Positions 1 through 14,866 of a stretch of 64,000 nt of DNA are shown here, in pieces; position 1 is the stretch's first letter; each line of letters starts with the position of its first letter. Position numbers and translations under genes: made by a program. The stretch covers positions 157,852,001 to 157,916,000 of the forward strand of contig NC_043000.1 in NCBI RefSeq assembly GCF_006345805.1, written 5' to 3'. The notes below the pieces were generated by a model, which was not told the DNA's origin, did no database searches, and worked only from the letters and a program-made list of their open reading frames with translations. The DNA is from Octopus sinensis. Taxonomy: Eukaryota.

Positions 1-35
<35 letters not shown>

Positions 36-129
36 GTTTTCTTGCAGGGACCAAGGGAACAAATTTTCTGATACATTTTTGTCCAAACAGACATTTCACT
101 GGCATTTATTTTTATAGGCCACGGAAAGA

Positions 130-228
130 AGAATAGTATAATCGACCTTAGTTGGATTTGAACACGACATAGAGAAACATAAAGACGGACGAAATACCGC
201 TAAGCATTTTGCCCGGTTTGCTGACGTG
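130..228 (-). mobile_element. SINE family B, degenerate fragment
   Basis: tcgacctt...gatttgaac...gacggacgaaataccgctaagcattttgcccgg. Confidence 0.6.
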
Positions 229-895
229 TTTCATTTTCTAATATAGGCAAAACAACAATATATTTAGAGGAGATGTATAACTAATTAGAATCAATCTTAG
301 AATAGGACTGATATCAACCAAAATTTAGGGATTTTTAAAGTATTTATAAGTAAATGTTCCTCTATTTTTCCCTCAAGATTGAGCGAATCTATGATTAACG
401 GAAATCTCGCCACCAGTTTTCTATAGTATTTAAGACATCCTTTTTCTTGCTAGACATTTTCCGCATTGTTATGGTATATGAGGGAAATTAGAAATTATTT
501 CTAATCGCACGAGTGATCTTATATTTTGAGTGCATTTTTTTATATAAGTAACGTGTTATTTACAACAGATCCGAAGATTTACATAGGAAAATAGCTATTC
601 GGCGTTGTTGTTCTGGTTGCTGTTTTGCAGCTAAGACGACTTTCTTGAAGAAAACTGTCGAAAGCGCGTGATAGAAGGAGTTGTCTCTCTAATTTGTAAA
701 GCCAGTCGAACGAACGACAGCAACCGCATAGGCTCATCTCCTTAGGTTCATATATCTTGTTCATTTGGTTATATGATAATGTTATTTATACTTGGTTATT
801 CTAACCAAGCAAAACTGTACATTAACCCAATTTAATGTTAAAATTCTATTAATCAGGGATCATTAATTTAAATCGATGGGTATAATTTGAGCCAA

Positions 896-898
<3 letters not shown>

Positions 899-943
<45 letters not shown>

Positions 944-955
944 ATAATATATATG

Positions 956-1021
<66 letters not shown>

Positions 1022-1051
1022 TATATACATACATATATTGTATATGTAATA

Positions 1052-1090
<39 letters not shown>
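899..1090. repeat. (TA)n microsatellite
   Basis: Visible directly. Confidence 0.95.
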
Positions 1091-1092
<2 letters not shown>

Positions 1093-1754
1093 TATCAGAA
1101 AATGAGAATGAGTACTCAACATCGCATTGACGAATAAAAATTCTGTATCCGTGTATTGAGACTACCAGTTGTCTGATGTTAAGCAAATAAGATATTCCAA
1201 GGAAGCTGATCACATGGAAGAACGGTTTTCGTTAAATCAAATATGGAGAGGAACGAAATTCTTCCATTTCATCGGTTTGAGTAATTCTTAGAATATTAAA
1301 ATATTTTCTTAACATGAAACCAACGGTAGCCTTTATATCAGCTTGGAAATACACGTTCACTTTATAAAATTTATACACAGGATAACCCCGAACAGCCCGA
1401 GTCTCGGAATCGCCACTGATATGTGAACTGATATAAGAACTTTGGTGTTCAACGACATAAATTTTGATACCCTTGTTGTCATACCTGTAGCCACGTCTTG
1501 TAATTGCTGATAATATTCTTATACTGAAACGTACTTATGGTTAGGAAACAACTTAACGACAGTCAGGTAAGCTCTGTAGCAGTATCTAGATTTTATTCTG
1601 TTTTTTTTTTTAGCGATATTACATATTTTGGAATTTGAGCTGTTGCAGGAGCACAAATGTTCAGTGCTATGCACATTGTCCGTTAGTTGCTACGCAATAT
1701 GTATCGACATATGTAGATGTGGGTTTAGATGTGAGATGTGCTTCCAGTTCCTGA

Positions 1755-1787
1755 ATCTATCTAACTATCTATCTTTCTATCTATCTA

Positions 1788-1861
<74 letters not shown>

Positions 1862-1995
1862 CATCTATCTATCTATCTGTCTGTCTGTCCGTCCGTCCGT
1901 CCGTCTGTCCGTCGGTCTGTTCGTCTGTCTGTCCGTCTGTCCGTCCGTCTGCCTGCCTGTCTGTCTGTCTATTTATCTATCTATCTATTCATCTA
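1755..1995. repeat. Compound (ATCT)n/(GTCT)n/(GTCC)n microsatellite
   Basis: Visible directly. Confidence 0.95.
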
Positions 1996-2312
1996 TGTGT
2001 ATGCGTTTGATTGACAATTTTTTTGTATGTGTGTATTCAAATATACACTTTAATTATATACATATATGCGTGTCTGTGTGTGTGTTTTGCGTGTGTGTGT
2101 GTGTGTGTGTGTTGGGTATATATACATGTCTGTGCGTGTGTGCGTGTGACATGTAGGAATGCGTATGAGAATATACTTGAGTATGTGTGTGTCTATGCGG
2201 GGGGGGGTGTAAAAATGCCGCTGGGAGTAATTTTACTCTATTGAACACCGACGAAATGAAATATATTTCATTATTCGAGGATGTATTTTGGAAAATCATG
2301 CACACACACACA

Positions 2313-2392
<80 letters not shown>

Positions 2393-2949
2393 TACATTCT
2401 CGTACTGACACTCCAACGCAGAAAGAGCACACTAGTATGTATGCTGTCAAATATGCTTGAATGCGAGGGGTGAAATAGTTCTGACAAAACTTATCGTTCT
2501 ACTAATTGCCAAAGACTGCTTATAGCAAGAATGTTCTGTGAGTGGCAAGTACATCCCAACCAAATTCTCAATTTGAAATATAGATTTGTGCTGAACAATT
2601 TGATTGTAATAAGTATATTTTGCCAGTATATACATGAATACATAAACGCATAAATACATTCATGTATGTATATACACATAATATAATCTATAACAAATAT
2701 CTATATATGTGTGTGTATACGCACAGATACATATGTAATTATCAGTACAGTTGGATTATTGCTGGTGATCCGTAGGTCGCCTGAGGATCAGGGACGTGAA
2801 ACGTCGTTAAGCGATTCACACTATTTGAGTAAATATTATTCCACTCTGCCGCAGAGTATTCTTTATTTTCGCTTTATTGCATTTCAAACAAACGTGATTC
2901 TAGAATCTATGTTTGCCTATGGCTGCCTGTGTGCTTGTTTTCTGTGTGT

Positions 2950-2980
<31 letters not shown>

Positions 2981-3924
2981 TGTTTGTGTGTGTGCGTCTA
3001 TGCATGTATACACACATATATATATATGTGTGACATAAATGACTACATGTGAATACATATACATATATGTATATATATCCACACACAACTAGCGTATGTA
3101 CCCACACGTACATACACAAAAATACAGACACAGCGACACTCACACACACACATATATATATGTACATACACGCACATACACATCTTCACGCATGCACACA
3201 GTTGCACATTAACTCAATGGCTGTGTAATACTGCGAGCAAATTATTCATTTAAATTTTCCTTAACTAATATACCCTTCTCTGATAAATCTGATTTGAAAT
3301 CGTTGAAGTTTGAAAGAAATTCTATTGAATCCTACTAGAAGCAGTAATTGCATTTGCTGTTAGTTTAGAAAGAAAACTGCCGCTGTTCAGTATACATTGA
3401 TTTAGCAGCCGCAAAATTGTATGTTTGTCTAACAATTTCAAGTTTTTGCAACGTGTTGTCACTTATGTTTATAAGAATTTCAGTGGCGAGAGCAAATTCA
3501 ATAAAATCGGTCGTCGGCCTCAATTTCATTCCTTGTTAAACACACACACACACACATACACACATACACGCACACCCACACACACGTGTTAGAAGTCACA
3601 GTTGTAGGTGTAAATTACACGACTATAAGCATATACTTTTTACGCGTTGAATACGAAAAAAAATTTGGTTCAATTTTTGACTCTTTGCATATCTTAAATA
3701 CCCCTAAAATACCTCGTACCCAATTTTCCTCCCGCATTAATGCATTTAGCTATTGCTGCATTGTATAACTTAATTTTCATATTTATGATATTGGTAACAC
3801 GTCATTAATTAAATGAAACATATTTTATATTCAGAACACAGTTGTATCAGACGAACTTCTAAATATTTCAATTCATTTTCTCCGATCAAGTATTTTACAA
3901 TATATATATATATATATATATGTT

Positions 3925-3970
<46 letters not shown>

Positions 3971-6869
3971 TGTGTGTGTGTGTATGTGTGTGTGTGTGTG
4001 TGTGTAACGAATGGAGAATGATGCGTCTATATTTAATCTGTTTGAAGTGAGTCGACAGATAACATCGTGAGGAACTTCGTACGAATCGTAGGCAGAGATA
4101 CGAAAAGGAACTTTCTTCAAATGATTTCGTTTGTGGTGATTGTAGATATGTAGCACACAGCAAGACAAGGCTTGCTTCCCACCGTCGATAGCGTAATCCT
4201 ACACAAGTTCGCCAGTTAGCCCCATAAAACGTCTCTCACATAGTAATCAATATTCAGTTCAAGATGCCAAGTTACAGAACCCTCTTCTGCTACTTACAAC
4301 AGGAAAGCCTACTCTTTAATTACTATTATGTAAACATTTTAACACAGAAGATTTGAAATGAATAATAGATTCAACACGTTTAATGTGACGAGTCATTTGC
4401 CTTTGTAGGCTCAAAGCAACGTCAAAGTTTCATTTCGTATAGTGATGTTGTTTTTACAACTTTACTAAAAAAATGAATGTTAAAAATTAACCGATAGACC
4501 AAGTTGCTTTGTTAGTAGAAATTAGTATCTGAGAAAATAATGAGAATTACTGGATCTGATATTATGAGTATGCCAGATTTATATTAGAGGGGAAATGTGG
4601 CGTTTAATATGTAATTAAGTGTGGGTGAATGATTGTATCTATGTATGTTAGGGGCATTTAATTGGGAGGGATTTTTAAGTGTTATCCTTATAGTTTGTAC
4701 AAAATACACTAGTAATATTTGTAAAGAAATACCTCGGGTCTGTAATTGATAATTTTAGTGTCAAATTTTGGGACCAAATTTTGTAACGAATGATATCAAA
4801 TGTAAATAATGATCACGATACTGGAAAGAGGAAAACATTTAAGATTAAATCTTGAAAAAAAATATTGCCAAGAATAATAAAATAAAATGAATTACTCAAA
4901 TCATAAAGAACTTTTATATGTTCCAGTATATAATCGAACGAAGAAATATATAAAAGAGACTATAACCGAACTGAAAGGAGAATAAACGAGATATTTAGTA
5001 ATAAATATCATATCCATAGTTAGTATCCAGTGTTGAGTGGCCAGGCGCTCCTGTTTTCAAAATACCTCCAGGCCACATGTATTTATGTAATCCACCCTTA
5101 AATCTGCTATGTTGGTATGAAAGAAGGGAAGAAGGAAAGAGAACGATCTAAATGAACGGTTTTGCAATATAGTGTGGCAAAATAACTTTTGTGTGTGAGA
5201 TTCCTTAAAGAAACACTGAAGTAGTCTGTTCAATTCTGTGATTGTGGGATGACCGAATACATTTCCCGATATGTATTTACTGGCAAACTTACGAGGTTCA
5301 GGTCCATCGAGACTGTCACTTTGCTTTGATCGAAAAAACAACCTTCTGTGTCTATGTCTAGATTTTGTATTATGGAAGATGGCAGATTTTTATTTTTTCC
5401 CTTTCCTAGCAAAAAGCAGGACGTGAGTGGAATTTTTTGCTGTCGTGGGTTTGTTGTTAATTTTTTGATGTCATTTTTCCTAGAATCAATTTTCTTCTAG
5501 TTCATGTGATTGTGCATTTGTCTACCGTTTTATTTTATTTTAACTTGTTTTATTTTGGATGCTGTTAATGGAGGCGATGCTAAGGACAGTGCAAATATTA
5601 TAGCTGTATAAATAACATTGCTTGAGGTCGACGTGGAGCTGGTATCATTTTCTTTTTTCGATTTATTCTTGGTACACTTCCTCATCACCAGAACTATGGC
5701 CACAACGCTCCTACTCGGACAGATATAAAGGAATGTCTTCTTTTGTTTGCATATGTTTTTGCGCACGAATGAGCTGCAGGAATAGAACCTGTCGTAGAGT
5801 GATTGTTTGGGTTGTCCCCTGGGTTACCAATATTTTGTTATAGTCATTTGTTTCGCCACCGCGGTTGCTAGTACTGACGAATTTGATGTTGCTGTTGTTG
5901 CTATTGATATTGCTACAGATGCTGTTATTGTAGCTTCTTCGTTTCCTCGTTGCTATTGTTACAACTACTTCTGCTGGGAAGCTCTTTCCTTGTTGCTACA
6001 ACGATAATGTCGGTGGCATTGTTCTCCTACTGTCCCGTTTCTTGTTATGGTTGTGTGGGTTAAACGCTCAATTGCTTTGCAAAATGATTTTTCGGTTGTC
6101 TGCCCTCCACAATTGCTCTTAATAAAGCCTCATTCGCCTTTCGATGCTCCTGCTGTCTCTGCCGCTTTTGCTGCTTTGGTGCCATTATCGGAATTGTTGC
6201 TGTTATCACTGCTACCGCTGTTGCCTTTAGTACCTTTTGCTGTCGCTGGTGTTTCGCAATCAGGTTTGTTAATTTTTTTTTTATTACCGATGCTCTCATT
6301 TGTCATTATATTAGTGGGAGGACTTTTTGAACTTTGAACTTTTATAGAGGAAGCTCCCTCTTCACCTTCACTCTGCAGAATACCGTCTTTGCTACTACTA
6401 CTGCTGCAGCTGTTGATGCTTTGCTACTCTAGTTGTTGTTTTTGTTTTGTTATTGCTACTGTTATTTCTTTGCGAGTCACATTCTACTCCTCTCTTCAAT
6501 CTACTGGTTGTGGAAGGCGATTCCATGTTTGTAAAATAAAGTGTTTCATAACAAAACTGAAACCCTTTCCTTAATGGGACGAGGAACAAAACCACCAAAC
6601 GTTTTCTGTATGTTCTGCTCCGTTTAAACAAATGTTACGTAACAAAATTCTAGCTATTAACAACGCTTTTTTTAAATATATAAACTGACGAACAAACTTA
6701 CAAGCGACATGAAGCGATATGTTGTAAGAAAGCAAAGACAACAACAACAACAACAATAAAAATTAAAATAATAATCATTCAAGAACAGAAATAATGATAA
6801 TAAAGCGAGCAGATGGAAAGAAATGAAATTACAGTGCCAAAATCATGCAACAAACCGAGGATGTTGGAA

Positions 6870-7290
6870 GTGAATAACTCTGGTTATGGTGGAAACCTGA
6901 AACGAGAGACCGAAGCGATAATTATAGTCGCTCAGGAACAAGCCTTTAAGATGAATCTGGCAAAGGCAAAGACTGACAACACTTATTCAGTGAACAAATC
7001 TGCCGGAAAGGAGACGAGCGCTTCAGTCATCTTTTGAGTGAATGCAATAAGCTAGCAAAGAAAAAAAAAAAAGAAAGATTTAAACGAGTGCATTGGGATG
7101 TTAACCAAGTGCGTGGCTTCGAAATAACAATTCGTAGTATGAACAAACCAGACACTATAATATAGAGAATAATAATTACAGGATTTTTATGGAACTTCCC
7201 CAAAAAGATAGACCATATATTTGTAGCTCGATATGATTACGTATAGAGGACAAAATAAACAAACAGCGTAAGATCATAATTATTGTAAAA
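6870..7290 (+). mobile_element. Decayed R4/Dong-type (restriction-like endonuclease) non-LTR retrotransposon C-terminal fragment
   Basis: GNLKRETEAIIIVAQEQAFKMNLAKAK..., then frameshifted HLLSECNKLA...HW...FLWNF...DHIFVAR, resembling the ETEG.I.AAQDQ / H..SGC..LA...H.. / ILWDF pattern of that clade. Confidence 0.7.
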
Positions 7291-8607
7291 TTATCGGTGA
7301 TTTTACATTCAGTTGTTTTATGGTTGACAGAATATGAAACTACGAACAATAAGTTTTAAAATCGCTAAGAGATTTGGAAATTTATGAGAAATAAATTGTG
7401 TAGTTTGAATATTATTTTTAACAGGAAAACTTATGGGGTTGGGTAAGCGTTGTCTACACTGTAACTGTTAAAAGTATTGTTCAAATTTTCATTTGTACTC
7501 ATTAAATAGCATTAGCTTAGCGTAAAAATTGCATGGCCCTGTTACATTTTTCTCCTGGGACTGGATCCTGAACCTGGCGATAGTGCATCTGAGTAGCGTC
7601 AATGTTGATCTAGGCTCGAACTTTACACATCCTCTTTGTAGTTCACACGTAATTTTTTATAGACTCCCCTATTGGTTTACATCAGCAACTATCATACAAG
7701 TTTTTAAACATATGCTTCAACCATTTTTTGCCTATGGATCCGTTTCATTCCTCTTTTACTCTAGTGGACCTCCATAGCTATTTGATGTACATAAAAATTC
7801 CTAGTGTATTTTGATAATTTAATATTATTAGGGAATTGTATATAACAATTGAACTATTTGTGCATTGTAGAAGTATTATCAATTTATTGCACATAAATCT
7901 TAACAACAAAATCTTATATAGGCCCTCGATGGCCATACTGACCGCACTTGAAAACCAGTGTTTTTCAGAAAGTCTGACCCCATTTTGAGGCCATTTCTTT
8001 CTATTTGTTTCTCCCTTTTTCCTGTAGGTTGCGACAGATTGTCAGAGTCCTCTAATCACAATTTTCATATCATTACAAGACTACGGGCTAGTACAACTGA
8101 GTCTGTGCTTCCTAGTTCTTGGCTCCTACTGCTTTAGATAAGGAGGATTTTTTTCCTTCTCTTATCGAAAGAGTGAAAAATAGCGTTCTGTAAAGAGTAG
8201 TTTCTGCGGCTTGTCGTCTTTGTTGATATTGCCTGCTACTTCCTTTCTTTCTTGGTTTTTGCCACGGCTTCCGAAGAGAGCCTTAGAATATCTGCCCTCC
8301 TTGCAAAAGTAATAGCTTTCTTGCGTTCACGTTAGGACACTATTCCAGCAGATTCTTCTGGTCATTTGAGGCAATCAGTGTGTCTGTCCACATAAATTCA
8401 CATTCCCACATTTCATCGCGATACCAGTTTGTGGGCAGGTGCAGGGAACTAACACTTCAGTGATAACACCTTGTTCGTTTTTAAGCATATGCTTCTACAG
8501 TCCCTTCCACGTTTAAGGGAGCACGTATTGTAGCATCTAACTACCTACCTGCTTCACTTACAACTCCTACTTTGAGGCAGTATAAAATTTCCCTCTGTAT
8601 TTAGGAA

Positions 8608-8707
8608 NNNNNNNNNNNNNNNNNNNNNNNNNNNNNNNNNNNNNNNNNNNNNNNNNNNNNNNNNNNNNNNNNNNNNNNNNNNNNNNNNNNNNNNNNNNNN
8701 NNNNNNN
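8608..8707. other. Assembly gap (100 N)
   Basis: Run of exactly 100 N, probably a fixed-size placeholder. Confidence 1.
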
Positions 8708-11577
8708 ACTTACATAACAGTCATATACATATATATATATATATATATTATGTTCATATATTATAATTAAATATATATATGCATACAAACATGGGCGTAC
8801 GCACTCGCACAAACACACACATAGCGAAAGAGATTGATAGAAAGATAGGGAGAGAATTATTTTTTATTATGATTAACTGTTAGATTGTTGGACGTGTGAA
8901 ACGAATCCATTTCAACAAACCAGTTTCCCATTGAAATATTCACAATCGACAAAGATTATGCAATCAATACGGAATGACAATAGGACTTGGAAGTCCTACT
9001 TAACGTTCACACACGTATGCAATACGCACGCACATAGACACACATTCACACACACGCAGCGAAGATGCGCAATCACATGTAACAATAAACGCGTTTGCAC
9101 TGGATTACACATGCACACAGATAAACGAGTGCGCATGCGTCATGCATCACTGTAGACAACGGAAATTTCATGGACTGGAACGAAAGTACATTACAATTCT
9201 GCAGTCGGCCGTTCACCGATTTTCCCTCTGTTTTGAAAACTTCGTGAATTCAAACATGCTGAAGTCTGAAACATTTTTTAGATGTGATTCTATGTATTGA
9301 TGAGTGTCACTGAAATGAAGTCGGGAAGTATATCGATCTTAATTTGTATGTGTCTGAAGAATGCTTTTCGAAAGTAAGATAGCAGACATAATACAGACTT
9401 CCACTGTCTATCGAACCACATTTTGCATCTTCATATTCTCTGTTCCTTTCTTAATAGTCCTTGCTCGTCTTACATTCTATTTCTATCTAATTCTATTTAA
9501 TTATCCTGCGCGCGTAAGCCAACGCAGGTTATTGTAATCACTCGTCTTTGTCTGTGTGTTTTCAAAGTTATTGGAAAACGGCTGAACGGATTTTCACCAC
9601 ATTTGGCAGAAATACTCATCGGATGAATGGCACGAAATGATGAATATTTGGTTTGATTATCTTTAAAAAAAAATGTATTATTGAACTTAAAATTTTCTCG
9701 ATAAGCAAGTGGTCATATTGTCTTCTTCACTTTCTTTTTTCATATGAATCGATCCTCATCTGCGTGTGTATAGATCATGGTCTACCTAAGCGCGTTGAGA
9801 CACAGGCACAGATATGTGACGATGTGTGTGTGTGTATATGTTTGTGATCGTGCGTTTGTGTGTGTGTGTTATCATGTGCGTGCGTGTGAGTGTGTGTATG
9901 CGTGTATACATTGATGGATTCAAGTGTTTCGTTTATTCTATACGTTTTTTAGCATAGTGCTGATTATCTCGTACTTTTAGATATATGATGGACTGTATTG
10001 TGTAATCTATTCTTTCTTCATATACTAAGACGGTAGGATGTGATTTGAGTGAAAATTGGTTATTATCTCTAGAGTATGACGCCCCCAAACAGAGTTTTCC
10101 TCAGTATCGTTCCATTTTTTATAGCAGTGCTGTTGCGTAGGATTAAGCAAATTTACTCTGTCAGAGCTGGTCAGGCTCTGATTTAGAAAACATAAAATGA
10201 AGAAAAACCTGTCAGGATTATGGCATTTTTTAATCGATTCAGAATACCCTCGTATCGAGTATCTAACGTTTTATTTCAGATGTAAATAACTAGAGAGCAA
10301 ATTGACTTCTCTTTTTAGCAGCAGAGTGCTGACGTAAAGTTCTCGGAGTAACACAGTTGATTGTTTATTTCCAAGTTAATCCAGATCTATGATTAAATTT
10401 ATTTAATCCCTCATCATATCATCCCTTTTTCTTCAGGTGTGTATTATAAATTACATTATCGTGTTTGTCAGTCAATTTTTAATACTCGAATATAGGATCC
10501 CTTGATATGTAACTCCAATTTCAAGGTTGTTGACCATGAATGGTTTCACTGACAGTTGCAAGAATATTATCGCGAAGTGAAAGTTTCTATATAAACATAA
10601 AGTCCTCAGTATATGTTTATTGTTCTATTTCTGAAGATATATTAGTAGCTTTTCAAAAATCTCATCAAAATTAGGTCAAAGGTCCTGATTCATAAATTTC
10701 AATTTTTTTTTTTCGTATTAGTTTGTACAGGCTAACGACAGTGTTCCAATGAAAATTGCTTGTGCAGATCAATATCTGTTGGAACTGTTTGGGTGGAGAG
10801 GGAAATCCAGAATGTTACAACGTTTCTACTTTGGGAATATTTATACTTGTAGCAAATTTTCAAAAATGTTAATCACAATAAGCTGAATGGTTTCATTTTA
10901 TAAATTTCAAAATATTATATGTTTTCTTTATAAATTTATAAGCATTGATATAATCTTTTGTTCAAACATTAGTGAATATGTGAAGCAACGTCAGCAAGAA
11001 TTATATGGATGGTAGGAATGGAATTTCAGAAGGTAGCATTAGAATGTTTAGTTTGGTAAGTGTTATTGTGGATGCACGAAAATTATCACTACTGAGTGGA
11101 TTTGGATGGAGCAGGTAATTTTTTTATAAGTTGAAAGAGGAGTGGCTATCAAAGATCTGACAGAAAACACAGGACTTAGAGAAAAAATATATACTGTAGT
11201 ACAGTGGCTTTCAACCATTTGTACTTACGAGTCCCCTTTCAAATGTAATTTTAAAGAGCCAAATACAATCTAAGAGATAGGTTTAAGAAATAGTAAGCTG
11301 ATTTGTAGCAGTAATTATCCGTATTTGATAATGTTGAATATGTGAGTTTACTATGGGCAATCATTTAAAGTATTTGCAGCTATCCTTCTAAGGTATAACT
11401 GAGTAACAATAATGAAGACCATGAACACGCACGTGCAGATACAAACACGTGCTAGATGCCTCTTCACTTCCATTTCGCAATTTCCTCCAAACAATATTTG
11501 AGAAAAACCATACAGTATAAAACTAATAGAGAAATTATCGTTAGTACTTCACACACATACATATAATGTGTGTGTGA

Positions 11578-11669
<92 letters not shown>

Positions 11670-11755
11670 GTCTATCTATCTATCTATCTATCTATCTCTC
11701 TCTATCTGTCTGTCTGTCTGTCTATGTATCTATTCTATTCGCTTGCTATCTATCT
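11578..11755. repeat. (ATCT)n microsatellite
   Basis: Visible directly. Confidence 0.95.
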
Positions 11756-12378
11756 AGACACACACACGCGAGCACATGTGTGTGTGTGTGCGCGTGTGTT
11801 TGTGTGCATACGTACAAACCTCAATAAGATTAAGTAATAGCATGTTACCAAGAACTTAAGTACAAGCGTACACACAGAAGAAGCAAAGAGAAAAAATTAC
11901 ATCAAAGGTTTCGGCTTTAAAGTCAGGGGTAGATGAAGAGAATGACACTGATCCAAAGTATTGTGGTTAATCTTAAGACATACAGCGATATCATTTTACC
12001 TCTAAAGTGCTCTGCGAAAAAAATGATATAGAATGAATGACCGTAATGGAACTTATAACAGAACAGCGTTTATCATTCATTACTTGACGCGCTGTACTAT
12101 CCACGTAGTAGCACTTAACACAGGGCGATCCAGTTCACTGGTATTCAAAGAGGTGCGTTTAATAGTATGATCTACCACTATGTACTTGGCCCATTTTTTG
12201 CTTAAAATGCGGAGTTTCATAAGTGTTATTTGAAGAGCGATGCTGGCTTTTGGTTTAGCTTCGGTTTACATGAACGGCAAGAAAACGAATAGGTCAAATG
12301 CTGTCTTATTCTTTTTCACTTAATATATTACAGGAATCATAAATTTCATCTGGTTTATGTTATTTATTTATCGTATAT

Positions 12379-12457
<79 letters not shown>

Positions 12458-13195
12458 CAAGAGAGAGGGAGAGAGATAATTTGCACTGAGTAATAACCGA
12501 TATTTAAGCTAGTTGATAAATGCTTGTTTAATTAATTTACCTTTACTATAATGAATCTTATTCAATGGACGATACAATTTTTTATACAAATACTGTCAGG
12601 AAATTATTCAAACGATTGAATGTCATTTAATATGCCGACGTATCAGGGAAATAATTAATACATAATTATAACTGTCTATGTAGCTAGACATTATTTGTCT
12701 AGAATAAAAATGAACGCACAAAGAAGAGAAACGGAATATTTCTAAAACAGCTCAGACGAGAAAATTATTTATTGCTTTCGAATGACGTATGACCGTCCAC
12801 TGTGTATCTTTCAGACAACATTTATATCCGTATTGCAGGATATCAGTGACAAACAATAAACGAATTAACATTAATAACAAGTTTTTTAAAAGTGGAAAAG
12901 TATAATAAATTCATTTCAAGAAATCCACTGTTAAATGGTCATGAGCAAACGGCATTAAACATTCATCTCGTTGCTGTTCATTTTCATTGAGTCTTTTGAC
13001 GTTAGAAAACCTTGTTCTACTGAATATTGAAAACCTTGCTCTGCCACTACTCGTGAACTGTATCGGCAGCAATTATTTGAGTGGTTAGAACATTGGTTAG
13101 AATTTTGTCTATCTCCTAAGATCTATCTACTTCTCGGTCAAAATGATTACCATGCCTATCAATCCATCCGTCCGCCCGTCTGTTTGTCTGTCTGC

Positions 13196-13230
<35 letters not shown>

Positions 13231-13245
13231 TCTATCTATCAGTCG

Positions 13246-13276
<31 letters not shown>

Positions 13277-14600
13277 CATCTATCTATATATCTATCTATC
13301 TATCTATCTATATATCTGTCTATCTATCTATTTCTCTACACACACACACACACACACACACACCACACACACACACACGCACACACACCCATCAACTGAT
13401 ACTGAATTTTATGGCTCTCATTGAGTAAGACTTTGACCAAAATTTCTTTCAAGCTGTTATCATTCGTCGCTTCTTTTAGAGGCAGGTTATCTTGTAACAT
13501 TCCTTACTTAAGCCGAGTGCAGAGTGAGTTGGTTGCTGTTGCGAGCAAGTAGATCGACTGCATTGAGACAAACGTCAATAGTTATTGTACCGTTCTGTAC
13601 AACATGTTTTTTCAGAAAGATTTATTATTGTTAGAATCGCAAAAGTAAAGACAGTATTAAAAGTAAAAAAAAGACACTCGAAAAGTTATTACTGAAAATT
13701 AAACGAATGCATAATATTACAGTAAATAAAGATAATTACTAATTATTAAATCAAATAATAAATTTAGAAAAAATGCAAATGTTGATTAACTTTGTTTCAC
13801 GATTAGCCAGTTTCAAGAAATTTTGAAAATGCGGTTAATAATTTATAAAAAACGTTCATTTGTTCACCAGAGAATTAATTGCGAGAACTGTTACAGAAAA
13901 TGGATATTGGAATATTCTCTCTGGCGCCTTATGAATTATCTCTACAGAATTTTCAAATTCAGAAGAGAAACATTAATTTCTTCTGTTACTCTGTGCATAA
14001 GAAATTTGTTAGTAAACTAGTATTAACATACTGAATATGGAGAGCACTGACATTATAACTAGAAATAAAAGTGCTAAGAAAAATATATTTCTGACATTTA
14101 ATCACTAAACAATTAACCTTTAGCACACTGTAGGCGCACCATATCACCGTATGAGTTTTCTCCCCTGTTATAACAAGGAAATGGCAGGGAAAACATTTCT
14201 AGAGCAAATGCAGTGTTCTAAAGGTTAAAAGCTACCGAAGCATTATTAATACCAAAAGGTAATATTTATTTACTACTTCAAGTGGATGCTCTTTTAGAAC
14301 ACAGTACTCTGTTATTTACCATGAGAGGATATCTCATAAAATTATGGTGCATAAAATCACACATGTGTATATAATTGATGAGGGATAACCGTCGGTTTAC
14401 GGCCGCCGGAACAGCCAGTTCACGTGACTTAGCCTTTCCTCGAGCTTGATAATGACAGACGTCAAACTAGACAAAGTAACCGATTCCCCCGTCAGCGATA
14501 AATAAAATCTCAGAGTCTACAGTATTAATGATTTTGTCGCCATTAATATATTTTCTAATAAGCGCACAGGTTATTTACGACACCAGTGTCACAAGCCATA

Positions 14601-14711
14601 TGATTTGACAGTACCGGCGGCAAAATCAGGTGATCTGGCAGTTCCGGCGGCGAAATCATGTGATCTGGCAGTTCCGGCGGCGAAATCATGTGGTCTGGCA
14701 GTTCAGGCGGC
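14601..14711. repeat. 30-bp GC-rich minisatellite, about 3.7 copies
   Basis: Unit tgatctggcagttccggcggcgaaatcatg starts at 14601, 14631, 14661 and 14691. One inverted copy lies at about 14401-14427. Confidence 0.9.
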
Positions 14712-14866
14712 TTATGAGTGATATAAAAACGAATGCTTAAATGCATTCCACTCATGATAAGTTGTGCAGTATTATGTATTCTGACAAAGCATCCACTTTA
14801 AGAGAAAGTTAGATATTATGTTTTGATATTAATACTGCTTCTGATATTATTATTATTATTATTATT

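Noticed and set aside
868-1122. ORFs rich in IY, HT, CV, LSIY or poly-I/N/L throughout the track (also 2054-2416, 11568-11837, 30877-31200, 35355-35819, 37296-37879, 46066-46646)
   Set aside because: Translations of (TA)n, (CA)n, (ATCT)n and (ATT)n microsatellites, with no coding signal.
5057-6631. Cluster of overlapping ORFs on both strands
   Set aside because: Low-complexity GTT/GCT-rich sequence with stops in every frame and no consistent splice sites or motif.
7920-8607. GC-richer tract before the gap as a decayed coding or transposon sequence
   Set aside because: No frame gave a recognisable motif by eye, and it is truncated by the gap. Needs a translated search.
14555-14755. ORF with PPELPDHMIS repeats
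   Set aside because: It is the 30-bp minisatellite read in a stop-free frame. No splice or codon support.
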